From Minisyncoccota bacterium (GTDB taxonomy: Bacteria > Patescibacteriota > Minisyncoccia > UBA6257 > 2-01-FULL-56-20), in the NCBI GenBank assembly GCA_041664245.1, contig JBAYLC010000001.1, positions 190,585 through 254,584 on the forward strand: a DNA stretch of 64,000 bases, read 5' to 3'. The notes under the pieces were generated by a model that worked only from the letters and a program-made list of their open reading frames with translations, was not told where the DNA came from and searched no databases. The translations under genes and the position numbers were made by a program. This document shows positions 36,842 to 46,834 of the stretch, one piece after another. Each line of letters opens with the position of its first letter. Within the stretch, counting starts at the first letter, position 1.

Positions 36842-37810
36842 ATGGAAAAATCCATCAGAGATTTCCCAAAACAATTCGACTTCAAGCCAAAAATTGAGAA
36901 TCAAAATAAGCTTGGATCTTGCAAGCGTTTTTTGGCGGTTGGGATGGGCGGTTCGGCTTTTCCTGCCGAAATTATCAAATTTGCCTGCCCTCAAACCTAC
37001 ATTCGGGTTCATAAAAATTACAATCTGCCTAATATTTTAAAAAGCGACGAAAAGGAAACTCTCGTTATTGCTTGTTCTTACTCCGGCAATACCGAAGAAA
37101 CTATTAGCGCTTATCAAGAGGCGAAAAAGCGAAAGCTGAATTTGGCGGCGATTGCCGTCGGCGGCAAGCTTCTTGAATTAGCCAAAAAAGATAAAGTTCC
37201 ATTTATAAAAATTCCTCAAACCGGAATTCAACCAAGAGTGGCTCTCGGTTTTATTTTGATTTCCTATCTCAAATTATTCGGCGACGAAAAAGAATTAAAA
37301 ACCTTCTCAGGTTTTTCAAAAACCTTAAATTCAAAAACTGCCGAGAAAAAGGGCAAATACTTAGCTGAAATTCTTTGGGATAAAGTGCCGGTAATTTACG
37401 CTTCCGAAAAAAATTCCGCGGTAGCTTATAACTGGAAAATAAAATTTAATGAAAGTGCTAAAATCCCCGCCTTCTATAATATTTTTCCCGAACTAAATCA
37501 TAATGAAATGACCGGCTTTGATGTTCGGAAAACCACTAAAACACTTAGTGATAAATTTCATTTCATTTTTCTTAAAGATAAAACCGACCATCCAAAAATA
37601 ATTAAAAGAATGGCTATTTGTGAAAAACTTTATCGCCAAATGGGGCTAGGAGTGGAAATTTTTAATTTAGAGGGAAAGGATAAGTGGATAAAAATTATCA
37701 GTAGTATTATGGTTGCCGATTGGACCACTTTCAATCTAGCCAGCTATTATGGCAACGATCCGGAACAAATCCCGATGGTGGAAGAGTTTAAGCGATTGAT
37801 TACTAAATAA
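36842..37810 (+). CDS. Bifunctional phosphoglucose/phosphomannose isomerase (SIS-domain PGI/PMI family)
   Basis: SIS domain GMGGSA, about 320 aa archaeal-type PGI/PMI architecture. Confidence 0.75.
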   Translation: MEKSIRDFPKQFDFKPKIENQNKLGSCKRFLAVGMGGSAFPAEIIKFACPQTYIRVHKNYNLPNILKSDEKETLVIACSYSGNTEETISAYQEAKKRKLNLAAIAVGGKLLELAKKDKVPFIKIPQTGIQPRVALGFILISYLKLFGDEKELKTFSGFSKTLNSKTAEKKGKYLAEILWDKVPVIYASEKNSAVAYNWKIKFNESAKIPAFYNIFPELNHNEMTGFDVRKTTKTLSDKFHFIFLKDKTDHPKIIKRMAICEKLYRQMGLGVEIFNLEGKDKWIKIISSIMVADWTTFNLASYYGNDPEQIPMVEEFKRLITK

Positions 37811-37845
37811 CGTGTTATAATTAAGCGAATTAAAAATAAGGAAAC

Positions 37846-38667
37846 ATGTATCTATTATTCGACATCGGCGGCACAAATATGCGTTTTGTCGCCTGTAAAG
37901 ACGGAAAAACTCTTGGTGACGTGAAGGTATTTCCGACTCCGGCCGAATTCAACGAAGGAGTTTTAGTTTTCAAAAGAATCAAAGAGGAATTTTTTGATGG
38001 CTTTCAGATCAAAGGCGTCGCCGGCGGTCTGCCAGGACCGTTCAATCGGGAGAAAACCGAAATTGCCGCCGCGCCCAATATGCCCGGTTGGAACGGCAAG
38101 CCGTTGAAAATTGAACTAGAAAAAATTTTAGAAGCGCCGGTTTATTTGGAAAACGATGCCGCCCTAGCCACATTGGGGGAAGCAACTTACGGCGCCGGCA
38201 ATGGCAAGAATAACGTTGTTTATTTCACCATCAGCACTGGAGTCGGTGGAGCCAGAGTGGTAAATGGTGTTATCGATGAAAACGTCTCTGGATTCGAGCC
38301 CGGTAGTCAATTCGTCGATATGAAAGATTATAAAACCCTAGAAGATTCCATTTCCGGCAAAGCCGTTGAAGCTAAATATGGCAAAAAGCCATATGAAATA
38401 ACCGACCCCGCCGTTTGGGATGAGCTGGCCAAAATTCTTGCCTACGGCATTCACAATAGCATTGCTCACTGGTCACCTGATATTGTTGTTTTAGGCGGCT
38501 CGATGATGAAAGAAATTGGCATTCCCGTAGACAGAGTTAGATTCCATTTGGGTCAAATGCCCCGAGTTTTTCCCGATTTGCCGCTCATTGAGAAATCTCG
38601 CCTCGGCGACGAAAGCGGCCTCTACGGCGCTTTGGCTTATATAAAGAAATTAATTCCAGCGGAATAA
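37846..38667 (+). CDS. ROK-family glucokinase
   Basis: N-terminal DIGGTNMR ATP-binding motif, ROK fold; 273 aa. Confidence 0.75.
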   Translation: MYLLFDIGGTNMRFVACKDGKTLGDVKVFPTPAEFNEGVLVFKRIKEEFFDGFQIKGVAGGLPGPFNREKTEIAAAPNMPGWNGKPLKIELEKILEAPVYLENDAALATLGEATYGAGNGKNNVVYFTISTGVGGARVVNGVIDENVSGFEPGSQFVDMKDYKTLEDSISGKAVEAKYGKKPYEITDPAVWDELAKILAYGIHNSIAHWSPDIVVLGGSMMKEIGIPVDRVRFHLGQMPRVFPDLPLIEKSRLGDESGLYGALAYIKKLIPAE

Positions 38668-38672
38668 TAAAA

Positions 38673-38705
38673 ATGGCCAGTACCTTAATACTGGTCATTT
38701 TTTTA
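38673..38705 (+). terminator. Intrinsic terminator
   Basis: ATGGCCAGTA-cctta-TACTGGTCAT then T8. Confidence 0.8.
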
Positions 38706-38802
38706 GCAGATGCTGGCATCTACTCCGAAGGCGAAGATTCAGGATCTTTTACTTCGCACAGAAACGCCATGCTGAAATGAGTAGCGTCATCACTAAGACA
38801 AC

Positions 38803-38934
38803 TTAGGGTAAAGCTGATGACTTCTGGCTCAGGATAATGACCGCATTGGAACCGGTCTTTTCTTCGAGCCATTTGTTCGCTGCAGTTTCCAAGGTGGTTG
38901 CGTCAGGGGCGTTAAATATTTTCACTTGCTTCAT
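38803..38934 (-). CDS. Small protein (43 aa), possibly truncated
   Basis: AGGGAGGTG SD before ATG; MKQVKIFNAPDATTLETAANKWLEEKTGSNAVIILSQKSSALP; unlisted. Confidence 0.3.
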   Translation of the reverse strand: MKQVKIFNAPDATTLETAANKWLEEKTGSNAVIILSQKSSALP

Positions 38935-39085
38935 TCCATCCACCTCCCTTCGTTACAGAAAAAAGCTGGATCCATCCTCAAAAAATAACGAAAATTTGTA
39001 AAGATAAAATAGTTGACATTATTTGAATAATACCCCAGAATATTGATAGCAAACTGATAATCACTAACTTGAATAGGAGGTCGTA

Positions 39086-39814
39086 ATGGCCGGACGTTTT
39101 GATGGAACGCGAACTCTTGTTTTTGGCGCCGCTGGAACAATTGGTAAAGAAATCGTCCTTGATATTCTCGGTGAGGGCGGGAAAGTTGCAGCTGTTTACA
39201 AAAACAGAAAGCAAGCGGAAGCATCGACACCAGATCTTCCGGAGCTAGAAAAGCATTTTTGCAATGTTGAGTCAATTCCACAACTTACTCAACTGGCTAG
39301 AAGTTTTTTGGACAGCATCCGAAGCTTTGACCATCTAATTTACACTGTCGGCCATTGCCCGCCCGGAGATTTTGAAAGACAGGTGAGTCGTAATCTGATG
39401 TCGCTCGACGACCAAACACTCGAGGATGATTTTGGAATATTGGTTACCGGTCTCTTGAATGTCTACCGGGAATTCACCCACCTCTTAAATGCAAGAGGAC
39501 GGATCCTTGTCGTTGGGTCCGCAATCACTCGTTTCCCGGTGACGGATCTACCGCCGTGGCTAAATGCCGGATCGTATTATATCGCCCAAAATGCTCAGCG
39601 AAATCTTGTCGAGTGGATTCGGCGAGAAGATGACCTGCTAAGTAGGGAAATAGGAGTTATCCGGTTGGCATTCGGAGCAATTAATACTCCGTTTCATGCT
39701 GGTTCGATTCCGACGCACGTTCCGCCAAAAATGCTGGAACTCAAACAGGTAGTCGCCGAAATCATAAATGCTCTTAAGTCGGAGACGCCACTTGATTGGG
39801 ACATCCTCGCCTAA
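39086..39814 (+). CDS. Short-chain dehydrogenase/reductase-like Rossmann protein (atypical SDR)
   Basis: GAAGTIGKEIV Rossmann motif; AGGAGG SD; no canonical YxxxK. Confidence 0.6.
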   Translation: MAGRFDGTRTLVFGAAGTIGKEIVLDILGEGGKVAAVYKNRKQAEASTPDLPELEKHFCNVESIPQLTQLARSFLDSIRSFDHLIYTVGHCPPGDFERQVSRNLMSLDDQTLEDDFGILVTGLLNVYREFTHLLNARGRILVVGSAITRFPVTDLPPWLNAGSYYIAQNAQRNLVEWIRREDDLLSREIGVIRLAFGAINTPFHAGSIPTHVPPKMLELKQVVAEIINALKSETPLDWDILA

Positions 39815-39842
39815 AAGTATCTATCACTATCCTAAGTATGAT

Positions 39843-39881
39843 AGCGCAGACAAAACCAGGTCTGCGCTATTTTATTTTTTT
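39843..39881 (+). terminator. Intrinsic terminator
   Basis: AGCGCAGAC-aaaaccag-GTCTGCGCT then ATTTTATTTTTTT. Confidence 0.85.
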
Positions 39882-39899
39882 GATATAGAATTATATGAA

Positions 39900-40217
39900 A
39901 TGCCAATTCTATCAGGCCCCAAAAAACTCATCTGGACGACCCATAGCCGCGCCAAAATGCGCTATTACGGCATCTCCGAACAGCGAACAAAAAGAGTATT
40001 AAATATGCCCAAGCGAATAGAAGAGGGTATTGCGATGAAAACTATAGCCATGATGCAATCAGCGGGCAGCAAGAAGCATCCCTACGAAATCTGGGTGATG
40101 CTTCAAGAAGAAAAAAATCAGCGTAAAATAATTTCGGTCTGGCGTTTTCCCGGCATAACTAAACCCGGCGCGCCAATTCCCGAAGAAGTAATTGCGGAAA
40201 TTAAAAATTTAATATGA
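39900..40217 (+). CDS. Hypothetical protein (105 aa), translationally coupled to downstream PEBP gene
   Basis: ATG at 39900 after terminator; stop overlaps next start (ATGA). Confidence 0.45.
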   Translation: MPILSGPKKLIWTTHSRAKMRYYGISEQRTKRVLNMPKRIEEGIAMKTIAMMQSAGSKKHPYEIWVMLQEEKNQRKIISVWRFPGITKPGAPIPEEVIAEIKNLI

Positions 40218-40777
40218 AAAGCGCCAAAAAATTAGTTTTAATATTATTCGCCATTATTGTTATACTTTTCTTGATATTAATTTTAGTGCCTTCGCCAAAT
40301 AAAAAGTCGCCAATAAATAATTCAAAAGGATCTATGCTTATTTTAAGTCCGTCTTTTACCGGTAACGGAAAGATCCCGGCTAAATTCACCTGTGACGGTG
40401 GCAACATCAATCCAGAATTGCAAATTCAAAACATTCCCGCTGGCACCAAAAGTTTAGCGTTGATTTTAGATGATCCGGATGCTACAAGAGGAATAACTTT
40501 TACTCATTGGCTCATCTGGAATATTGATCCCGAAACAATCAATATTAAACAGGAAAGCAAATCGGCGAATAGTATCGAAGGTTTAAATGATGCTCAAGAA
40601 ATCGGTTACACTGGTCCCTGTCCGCCAGTCGGCAAGCCACATCGCTATTTTTTCAAACTTTACGCTTTGGATATAGTGCTTGATTTAAAATCCGGTTCAA
40701 CGAAAGCAGAACTTGAAACGGCAATCAACAGCCACGTAATAGAAAAAACGGAACTTATTGGAATTTACGAGAGATAA
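40214..40777 (+). CDS. YbhB/YbcL-family PEBP (Raf kinase inhibitor-like) protein, secreted/membrane-anchored
   Basis: GPCPPVGKPHRYFFKLYALD PEBP signature; N-terminal TM/signal. Confidence 0.85.
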   Translation: MKSAKKLVLILFAIIVILFLILILVPSPNKKSPINNSKGSMLILSPSFTGNGKIPAKFTCDGGNINPELQIQNIPAGTKSLALILDDPDATRGITFTHWLIWNIDPETINIKQESKSANSIEGLNDAQEIGYTGPCPPVGKPHRYFFKLYALDIVLDLKSGSTKAELETAINSHVIEKTELIGIYER

Positions 40778-40821
40778 TCTTCTTGGCTGAATTTTCGAAA
40801 AATTATGCTATTCTTACCCGT

Positions 40822-41817
40822 ATGAAATTAAGTATTGGCATCGTCGGCCTACCTAACGTTGGCAAATCCACCTTATTTAAAATCCTCACTAAAAACGAGG
40901 TTCATATTGCTAATTATCCTTTTGCTACTATCGACCCGAATGTCGGCGTTGTTCCGGTTCCCGACGAAAGATTAGAAAAACTCGCGGCCATTAGCCATTC
41001 TAAAAAAATCATTCCCGCGGTAGTAGAATTTTATGATATTGCGGGTCTCGTTAAAGGCGCCAACAAAGGCGAAGGTTTGGGCAATCAATTTCTTTCCCAT
41101 ATTCGCGAAACCCAGGCCATCGTGGTTGTTCTTAGAGTTTTCGAAAATCAGGAAATTATTCACGTCGAAAATTCGGTTAATCCGCTTCGTGATCTGGAAA
41201 TCATCAACACCGAGTTAATTTTGAAAGATATAGAAACTGTTGAAAAACGCCTTAGTTCGCTTGAGGCTGAAGTAAGGAGGGGCGATAAAAAATCAATAAA
41301 GAGCCTCGAAGTTTTAAAAAATCTAAAAATAGAATTAAATAATAATGAATTAGCGCTCAAATTTTCTGATGAAGAAATAGTAAAGGAGCTTCAACTTCTA
41401 ACCGCCAAAAAACAAATATACCTTCTAAATGGAGAAGAAAAAGATGTTTCCAGTGAATTAAAAGAAAAAATAGAAAACCTCGGCGCCGAATTTATCGTGG
41501 CCGATCTTGCAAAAGACGCCGAAATTGAAAATTTAATCGCTAAATCCTATTTAATTTTAAATTTAATAAGTTTCTTAACCACCGGCGAGGATGAAACTCG
41601 CGCTTGGACCATCAAAAAAGGAGCGCTAGCGCCGGAAGCCGCCGGGGTTATCCACACTGATTTTGAAAATAAATTCATTCGGGCCGAAGTAATAAACTGG
41701 CAAAAACTTTTAGAAGCGGGGGATTGGGTTAAAGCTAAGCAAAAAGGGCAGCTCCGCGTTGAGGGGAAAGAATATCAAATTCAAGACGGCGATGTTCTAG
41801 TCATCCGCCACGGATAA
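40822..41817 (+). CDS. ychF: Ribosome-binding ATPase YchF (Obg-family)
   Basis: GIVGLPNVGKSTLF G1, DIAGLVKGA G3, C-terminal TGS domain. Confidence 0.92.
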   Translation: MKLSIGIVGLPNVGKSTLFKILTKNEVHIANYPFATIDPNVGVVPVPDERLEKLAAISHSKKIIPAVVEFYDIAGLVKGANKGEGLGNQFLSHIRETQAIVVVLRVFENQEIIHVENSVNPLRDLEIINTELILKDIETVEKRLSSLEAEVRRGDKKSIKSLEVLKNLKIELNNNELALKFSDEEIVKELQLLTAKKQIYLLNGEEKDVSSELKEKIENLGAEFIVADLAKDAEIENLIAKSYLILNLISFLTTGEDETRAWTIKKGALAPEAAGVIHTDFENKFIRAEVINWQKLLEAGDWVKAKQKGQLRVEGKEYQIQDGDVLVIRHG

Positions 41818-41841
41818 TCCTCTGTCCATAATTCTTCATTC

Positions 41842-42444
41842 CTAATTCCTTCTTAGAAGCGCCTCACCGAGCGTTTCTTCGTCCGCAAATTCAATCTCTC
41901 CGCCGGTTGGGAGTCCTCTTCCTAAGCGGCTTATTTTTTTCGCCAGTGGTTTTAGTTCTTGATTAATCAAAGAAGCGTTAAAATCTCCATTACCAGTAGG
42001 ATTGAAAGCTAAAATGATTTCCTCGGCCTGTCCCTTTAGCTCTTTTTGAATAATTATTTTCAAGTGTTCAATTCTGATTTTTTGAGTATCGCTTAGCATT
42101 CCGGTTCTAGCCACCGGACCGATGATAAGATAAGTTCCTATAAACTTCCGAGTATTTTCAATCGAAATTAAATCGGTCTCTTTCTCCACTATTGCGACTA
42201 TATCTTTCCGACGGCTGGAATCTCCGCAAATATCGCAAAGCTCACCGGCATTTTGATGGATAAAAAAACAACGGTGGCACAGTTTTATTTTTTGCAAATT
42301 ATTTATATTAGTCGCCAAAGAATGGATCGAAGTCTTCTTTTGGTTTATTAAATAAAAAGCCAACCGGGTGGCTTGTCGCGGCCCTATTGAGGGCAACTCG
42401 GATAATTGTTCAATAACTTTCTTAATCGGCTCCGGTAAGTTCAT
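41842..42444 (-). CDS. recR: Recombination protein RecR
   Basis: C4 zinc finger (CHRC...CDIC), Toprim domain. Confidence 0.92.
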   Translation of the reverse strand: MNLPEPIKKVIEQLSELPSIGPRQATRLAFYLINQKKTSIHSLATNINNLQKIKLCHRCFFIHQNAGELCDICGDSSRRKDIVAIVEKETDLISIENTRKFIGTYLIIGPVARTGMLSDTQKIRIEHLKIIIQKELKGQAEEIILAFNPTGNGDFNASLINQELKPLAKKISRLGRGLPTGGEIEFADEETLGEALLRRN

Positions 42445-42513
42445 AAACTAATTCTAGCTTAATATCCAAAAATTCATAAATCATTATTCCTGAATCTTAA
42501 ATCATAATACGCA

Positions 42514-43884
42514 TTACATCTCTCCCGCCGGCGCATCGCCAAACCTATCTTCAATCTCATGAAAACAAACTCTCTCCGAATCAAATTTGAATTTAACGGT
42601 TCCTAAGGGGCCGTTTCGATGTTTCGCTACAATAATTTGGGCGACATTTTGCTCTTCGAGTGGCGCTTCGATATCAGTTCGATCCTTATCCTTTCGGTAG
42701 ATAAATAAAACCACGTCGCTATCTTGTTCAATACTTCCCGATTCGCGCAAGTCCGAAAGCCGTGGCTGTTTATGGTCTCTCTGGTCAACCGCGCGGGAAA
42801 GCTGGGATAAAGCTAAGACCGGTACTTTGAGTTCTCGAGCCAGCGCTTTTAGTCCTCTCGAAATTTCTGTCACCTGATTAACCATGTTGTCCGATTTTGT
42901 TCTTGGTTGAATCAATTGGAGGTAATCAACAACGATTAATCCGAGTCCGTGTTCGATCTGCAATCGCCTTGCCATCGCCCGCATCTGTAAAAGTGTTGGG
43001 GAAGGTGTATCATCAATAAAAAGCGGCGCTTTTGAAAGCCGATCGAGCGCATATTGAATCATCTCGAATTCCATATCATCAGAAATTCTTCCCGTCCTAA
43101 GCTTCCAAAGCGAAACCTGCGACTCAGAGGAAATTAAGCGGTCAATCACTTGTTCGCGGGACATTTCGATTGAAAAGTATCCAACCGGTATGCCGGCTTT
43201 AAGCGAGGCGTAACGGGCAATATCTAATGAGAATGCTGTCTTGCCAAGCGAAGGGCGCGCGCCGATAATAATTAAATCTGATTTTTGTAGTCCAGAAAGA
43301 AGATTGTCGATTCCCTTGAATCCCGTCGGCACGCCTCGAATCGCGCCATCGCCTTGATGCAGCCGCTCAATTCGCTCGTAAGCGGTTTTTAATTCATCTT
43401 TAATATGAACAAAATTTTGAGGCGTTGATTTTTGGGAAATCGCAAAAATTTTCTGCTCGATACTATCAAGCAAATCTTCAACTTCATCCGTACCGCCAAA
43501 AACATCTTCGGTAATTTCGGCTGAAGCTTTTATTAAATCTCGCAAAGTCTTTTTCTCTTTTACAATCTTGGCGTAATTTTCAATATGCGCCGATGTCGGC
43601 ACTTGATTGGTCAAATCAGCGATATAGCTAGAGCCGCCAACTTCCTGAAGCAGGTTGGCTTCTTTTAATCGGCTAGTCACGCTCAAAATATCAATTGGCT
43701 GCCGTTTCTCAAAAAGTTCTAAAATTATTTGAAAAATTTTCTCGTGGGCGGGAAGATAAAAATCGCTAGGTGTTATCAAGTCGGCAACTTTAATAATTGA
43801 ATCCTTATCAATTAAAATAGCGCCCAAAACGGATTGTTCGGCGTCGGTATTATTCGGCGGAACTTTTAATGATTGTTTACTCAT
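42514..43884 (-). CDS. dnaB: Replicative DNA helicase DnaB
   Basis: N-terminal DnaB domain, Walker A GARPSLGKTAF, RecA-like fold. Confidence 0.95.
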   Translation of the reverse strand: MSKQSLKVPPNNTDAEQSVLGAILIDKDSIIKVADLITPSDFYLPAHEKIFQIILELFEKRQPIDILSVTSRLKEANLLQEVGGSSYIADLTNQVPTSAHIENYAKIVKEKKTLRDLIKASAEITEDVFGGTDEVEDLLDSIEQKIFAISQKSTPQNFVHIKDELKTAYERIERLHQGDGAIRGVPTGFKGIDNLLSGLQKSDLIIIGARPSLGKTAFSLDIARYASLKAGIPVGYFSIEMSREQVIDRLISSESQVSLWKLRTGRISDDMEFEMIQYALDRLSKAPLFIDDTPSPTLLQMRAMARRLQIEHGLGLIVVDYLQLIQPRTKSDNMVNQVTEISRGLKALARELKVPVLALSQLSRAVDQRDHKQPRLSDLRESGSIEQDSDVVLFIYRKDKDRTDIEAPLEEQNVAQIIVAKHRNGPLGTVKFKFDSERVCFHEIEDRFGDAPAGEM

Positions 43885-43946
43885 AAAACAAAAACCTAAG
43901 ATAGATTCTTAAGATCTAAGGTTGGAAATTAGAAATTAGATATTAG

Positions 43947-45350
43947 TCATTCCCTTGGCCACGTAAAAGGGCCAAGGGACGTATCCTCCACTTCAAATCC
44001 TAAATCATTAATTTCCTTTCTCAAACCGTCCGACTGGACAAACTGTTTACTAACCCTGAACTTCTCGCGTTTCTTGGCCAAAACAGCTACTTTGGCAGGT
44101 GTTTTGGGTAAAACTGGCTTTAATCCCAATATCTTCAAACTCCATCTAATTTTTTTAATTAACCCATTCGCTTCGCTTTTATCCAATTTATATACATTTG
44201 GGTTGATTGTGTTAATTAAGCTGAATATTTCCGCCATCGCTCCGGGGGTGCCAAAGTCATCTCCTAAACTCTCTAAAAATTTTCTCTCAAAGTTGATTAA
44301 GGTTTCCGCCGCCGAGAAATTATCGGTGTTTACCTTTCTGAAATTTTTTGAAACAAAATCTAATTTTCCTAAAAATTCTAAAATACTCTGCCAGCGCTTT
44401 AAATTCTCCTGCGCCAATTCGTCGGTGTAATTGAGAGGGGAGCGATAGTGATGAGATAAGGTTATCATTCGCAAAACTTCAGCCGGATGTTTTTTCAAAA
44501 AATCTTCTATTGTTACAAAGTTGCCCAAGCTTTTAGACATTTTCTCGCCATTCGCAGTAAGAAATCCCACATGAACCCAAATTTTAACAAACGGCTTTTT
44601 TCCGGATGCCGATTCTTGTTGGGCTATCTCCGCTTCATGGTGGGGGAATTTTAAATCCATCGCCCCGCCGTGAAGGTCATACTGGGGACCAAAAAAATGT
44701 TCCGATATTGCCGTGTCTTCAATGTGCCAGCCCGGCCGGCCAGCGCCAAGCGAGCTTTTCCAACTAGGCTCGCCAGGTTTGGAAAATTTCCAAAGCGCGA
44801 AGTCCCCTTTGTTTTTTTTGTTTATACTCTGATCAATTCGGCTCACCCCGTCTTCGGCTTGCTCCGCGGTTCGCTTGGCCAGTTTTCCGTAATCCGGAAA
44901 AGTGGAAATATCAAAATAATAACCATCGCCATCAATTTTGTACGCGTTTCCTTTTTCTAATAACTTCTGAACCTGTTTAGTGATGGCAGGAATAAATTTA
45001 GTCGCCGGCGCATATTTCGTCACGGAATCAATTCCCAGTTGTTTCATATTCCTCCGGTAAACTTCAAAAAACTTCTTAGAAATTTTTTTCCAATCCATTT
45101 TTTCATTTTCTGCTCTGGCAATAATCTTATCATCCACGTCGGTGATATTCTGAAGGTAGAAAACCTTAATAGATTGCGATCGCAAAAACTTAACCAAGGC
45201 GTCAAAAATTAAATATGTCCTCGCATTACCGATATGGGGATAGTCATAAACCGTTGGTCCGCAAACAAAAACCCGCAAAGGTTTCCCCTTGGAATTTTCA
45301 ACTAATTCTTTTTTTCCGCTTAAGCTATCAAAAAGAAAAACCGGCCGCAT
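43947..45350 (-). CDS. cysS: Cysteinyl-tRNA synthetase
   Basis: HIGN (HIGNARTY) and KMSKS motifs. Confidence 0.95.
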   Translation of the reverse strand: MRPVFLFDSLSGKKELVENSKGKPLRVFVCGPTVYDYPHIGNARTYLIFDALVKFLRSQSIKVFYLQNITDVDDKIIARAENEKMDWKKISKKFFEVYRRNMKQLGIDSVTKYAPATKFIPAITKQVQKLLEKGNAYKIDGDGYYFDISTFPDYGKLAKRTAEQAEDGVSRIDQSINKKNKGDFALWKFSKPGEPSWKSSLGAGRPGWHIEDTAISEHFFGPQYDLHGGAMDLKFPHHEAEIAQQESASGKKPFVKIWVHVGFLTANGEKMSKSLGNFVTIEDFLKKHPAEVLRMITLSHHYRSPLNYTDELAQENLKRWQSILEFLGKLDFVSKNFRKVNTDNFSAAETLINFERKFLESLGDDFGTPGAMAEIFSLINTINPNVYKLDKSEANGLIKKIRWSLKILGLKPVLPKTPAKVAVLAKKREKFRVSKQFVQSDGLRKEINDLGFEVEDTSLGPFTWPRE

Positions 45351-45438
45351 CCTTAAAGTATCCGATATATCATTCCGCTAATCAAGCATAATCTGATTTA
45401 TGCCGTGTTACGTGCTACATATTTCATGCCACATGACC

Positions 45439-46344
45439 CTAGATCCAATCCTTATTCCGAAAATATGCAAACATCCCGATCATTCCCACTAGCATAATCG
45501 CCACAATTATCCAAAAATCACCCGGCAAGCCGACGATTGGCGTGTCCTTAGCGTTCATGCTGAAAACCGTAGCGAAAAGCATCATTGGAAAAGTTAAAAA
45601 CGCCAAAATAGTAAAAGTTTTCACCACCTGGCCGCTTTTTATATTGATTAGCTCACTATTGGTATTTTCAAAGTCATCAATGGCTTGTTTATAATCGTCT
45701 AGCTGGTCAATAATTTTTAAATGTTCACCAACTAAATCGTTGAAGTAAATTGTACACTCCGGACCTAAAAGCCCGCCGCCGACGTTACAGAATGATTCTA
45801 AAATATGTTTTTGCGGCCGAACAATTACCCGGTATTGGGAAATATCTCGAGTTAAATAAGAAATTTTCTCAAGTAGTGCTCGTTCTCTCTGTTTTTCTCG
45901 GTCGCTGAAAAGTTCGTTGCTTATCTCGTCGATTTTTTCTCGGATATGAGCCAGCTGCCTCTGTTGAAAACTAAGCAAGGACTCAATTATCTTATGGATT
46001 AACTGCAAAGAATTATCAAAAGCGCGATTTTTAGGATTAATAGAGCTCAGAAGATCATTTAAAACCTCGATCTCTTCGTAAGTAATAGTTATCACCGCTT
46101 TCTTGGTAATTAAAAAATCGATCTCTGATCGCCGGGAAACTTTTTCTTTTCGGTCGTAAATCGGGAAATAATAAACCAAATATAAATAATCACCGTGCGC
46201 CTCAACTTTTGCCCGCGCCGAAGGAACTTTCAACTCATCCATAATCAAAGGATGAAATTTGAAATTCTTTTTCATCCAGCTAAAATCTCCCGCGGCTGGT
46301 TTTTGAATATTGTACCAGGCAACTTTACCTTTTATTGAATTCAT
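45439..46344 (-). CDS. CorA-family divalent cation transporter with SMN instead of GMN signature
   Basis: Two C-terminal TM helices with ...TVFSMNAKD at the GMN position; ORF track start 46416 gives 24 extra aa, ATG 46344 (MNSIKGK) preferred. Confidence 0.75.
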   Translation of the reverse strand: MNSIKGKVAWYNIQKPAAGDFSWMKKNFKFHPLIMDELKVPSARAKVEAHGDYLYLVYYFPIYDRKEKVSRRSEIDFLITKKAVITITYEEIEVLNDLLSSINPKNRAFDNSLQLIHKIIESLLSFQQRQLAHIREKIDEISNELFSDREKQRERALLEKISYLTRDISQYRVIVRPQKHILESFCNVGGGLLGPECTIYFNDLVGEHLKIIDQLDDYKQAIDDFENTNSELINIKSGQVVKTFTILAFLTFPMMLFATVFSMNAKDTPIVGLPGDFWIIVAIMLVGMIGMFAYFRNKDWI

Positions 46345-46439
46345 TCTCGAATTATACAAAAAAGTCAAAGTATTGTAAAAAGCAAGCAACCTATCTATAC
46401 TCCAACACAGAAACAACTTTATAACTCAATTTAAGGAAG

Positions 46440-46784
46440 GTGTTAATGTTATTTCTAAAAGTAATTTCGGTCACGAGAGATAGAGATCCCAATACGATCT
46501 TGATCGCCGCATGCTATGAAGTGGAAAGACCGACACTGAAGAGCGCCTCAATAAGTGCTGGGAATTCGCTGGTAGTGATAAAAAGAAACTACACTCGTGT
46601 AGAAAAAATCGATCTTTATCGCCTTAGTCCAAATAGCGCAACGGGACTTTGCATCAATCCCATCTGGCAGGTAGTAAGAAAGCGGGATAGAAAGAATAAT
46701 AGGTCGCGAGGATGGGTCGAAAGAACGTTCAATCGCCAAGGGCGCCTCATTCAAACGCGGGCAATAAAGATCGCGAAAAACTAA
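46440..46784 (+). CDS. Uncertain: basic 114-aa ORF or structured RNA (GC-enriched region)
   Basis: AAGGAAGG SD + ATG, ends before perfect terminator; but ORFs open on both strands and internal repeats suggest RNA structure. Confidence 0.25.
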   Translation: MLMLFLKVISVTRDRDPNTILIAACYEVERPTLKSASISAGNSLVVIKRNYTRVEKIDLYRLSPNSATGLCINPIWQVVRKRDRKNNRSRGWVERTFNRQGRLIQTRAIKIAKN

Positions 46785-46803
46785 TCGGGGTATGAGAAGT
46801 TGA

Positions 46804-46834
46804 AAAGGAGCGCTAAGCGCTCCTTTAATTTTTA
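46804..46834 (+). terminator. Intrinsic terminator
   Basis: AAAGGAGCGC-taa-GCGCTCCTTT then AATTTTT. Confidence 0.85.

Noticed and set aside
38931-39281. Two minus-strand ORFs (78 and 116 aa) over the SDR gene start
   Set aside because: They overlap the SDR gene's promoter, SD and 5' coding region and have no start signals; antisense artefacts.
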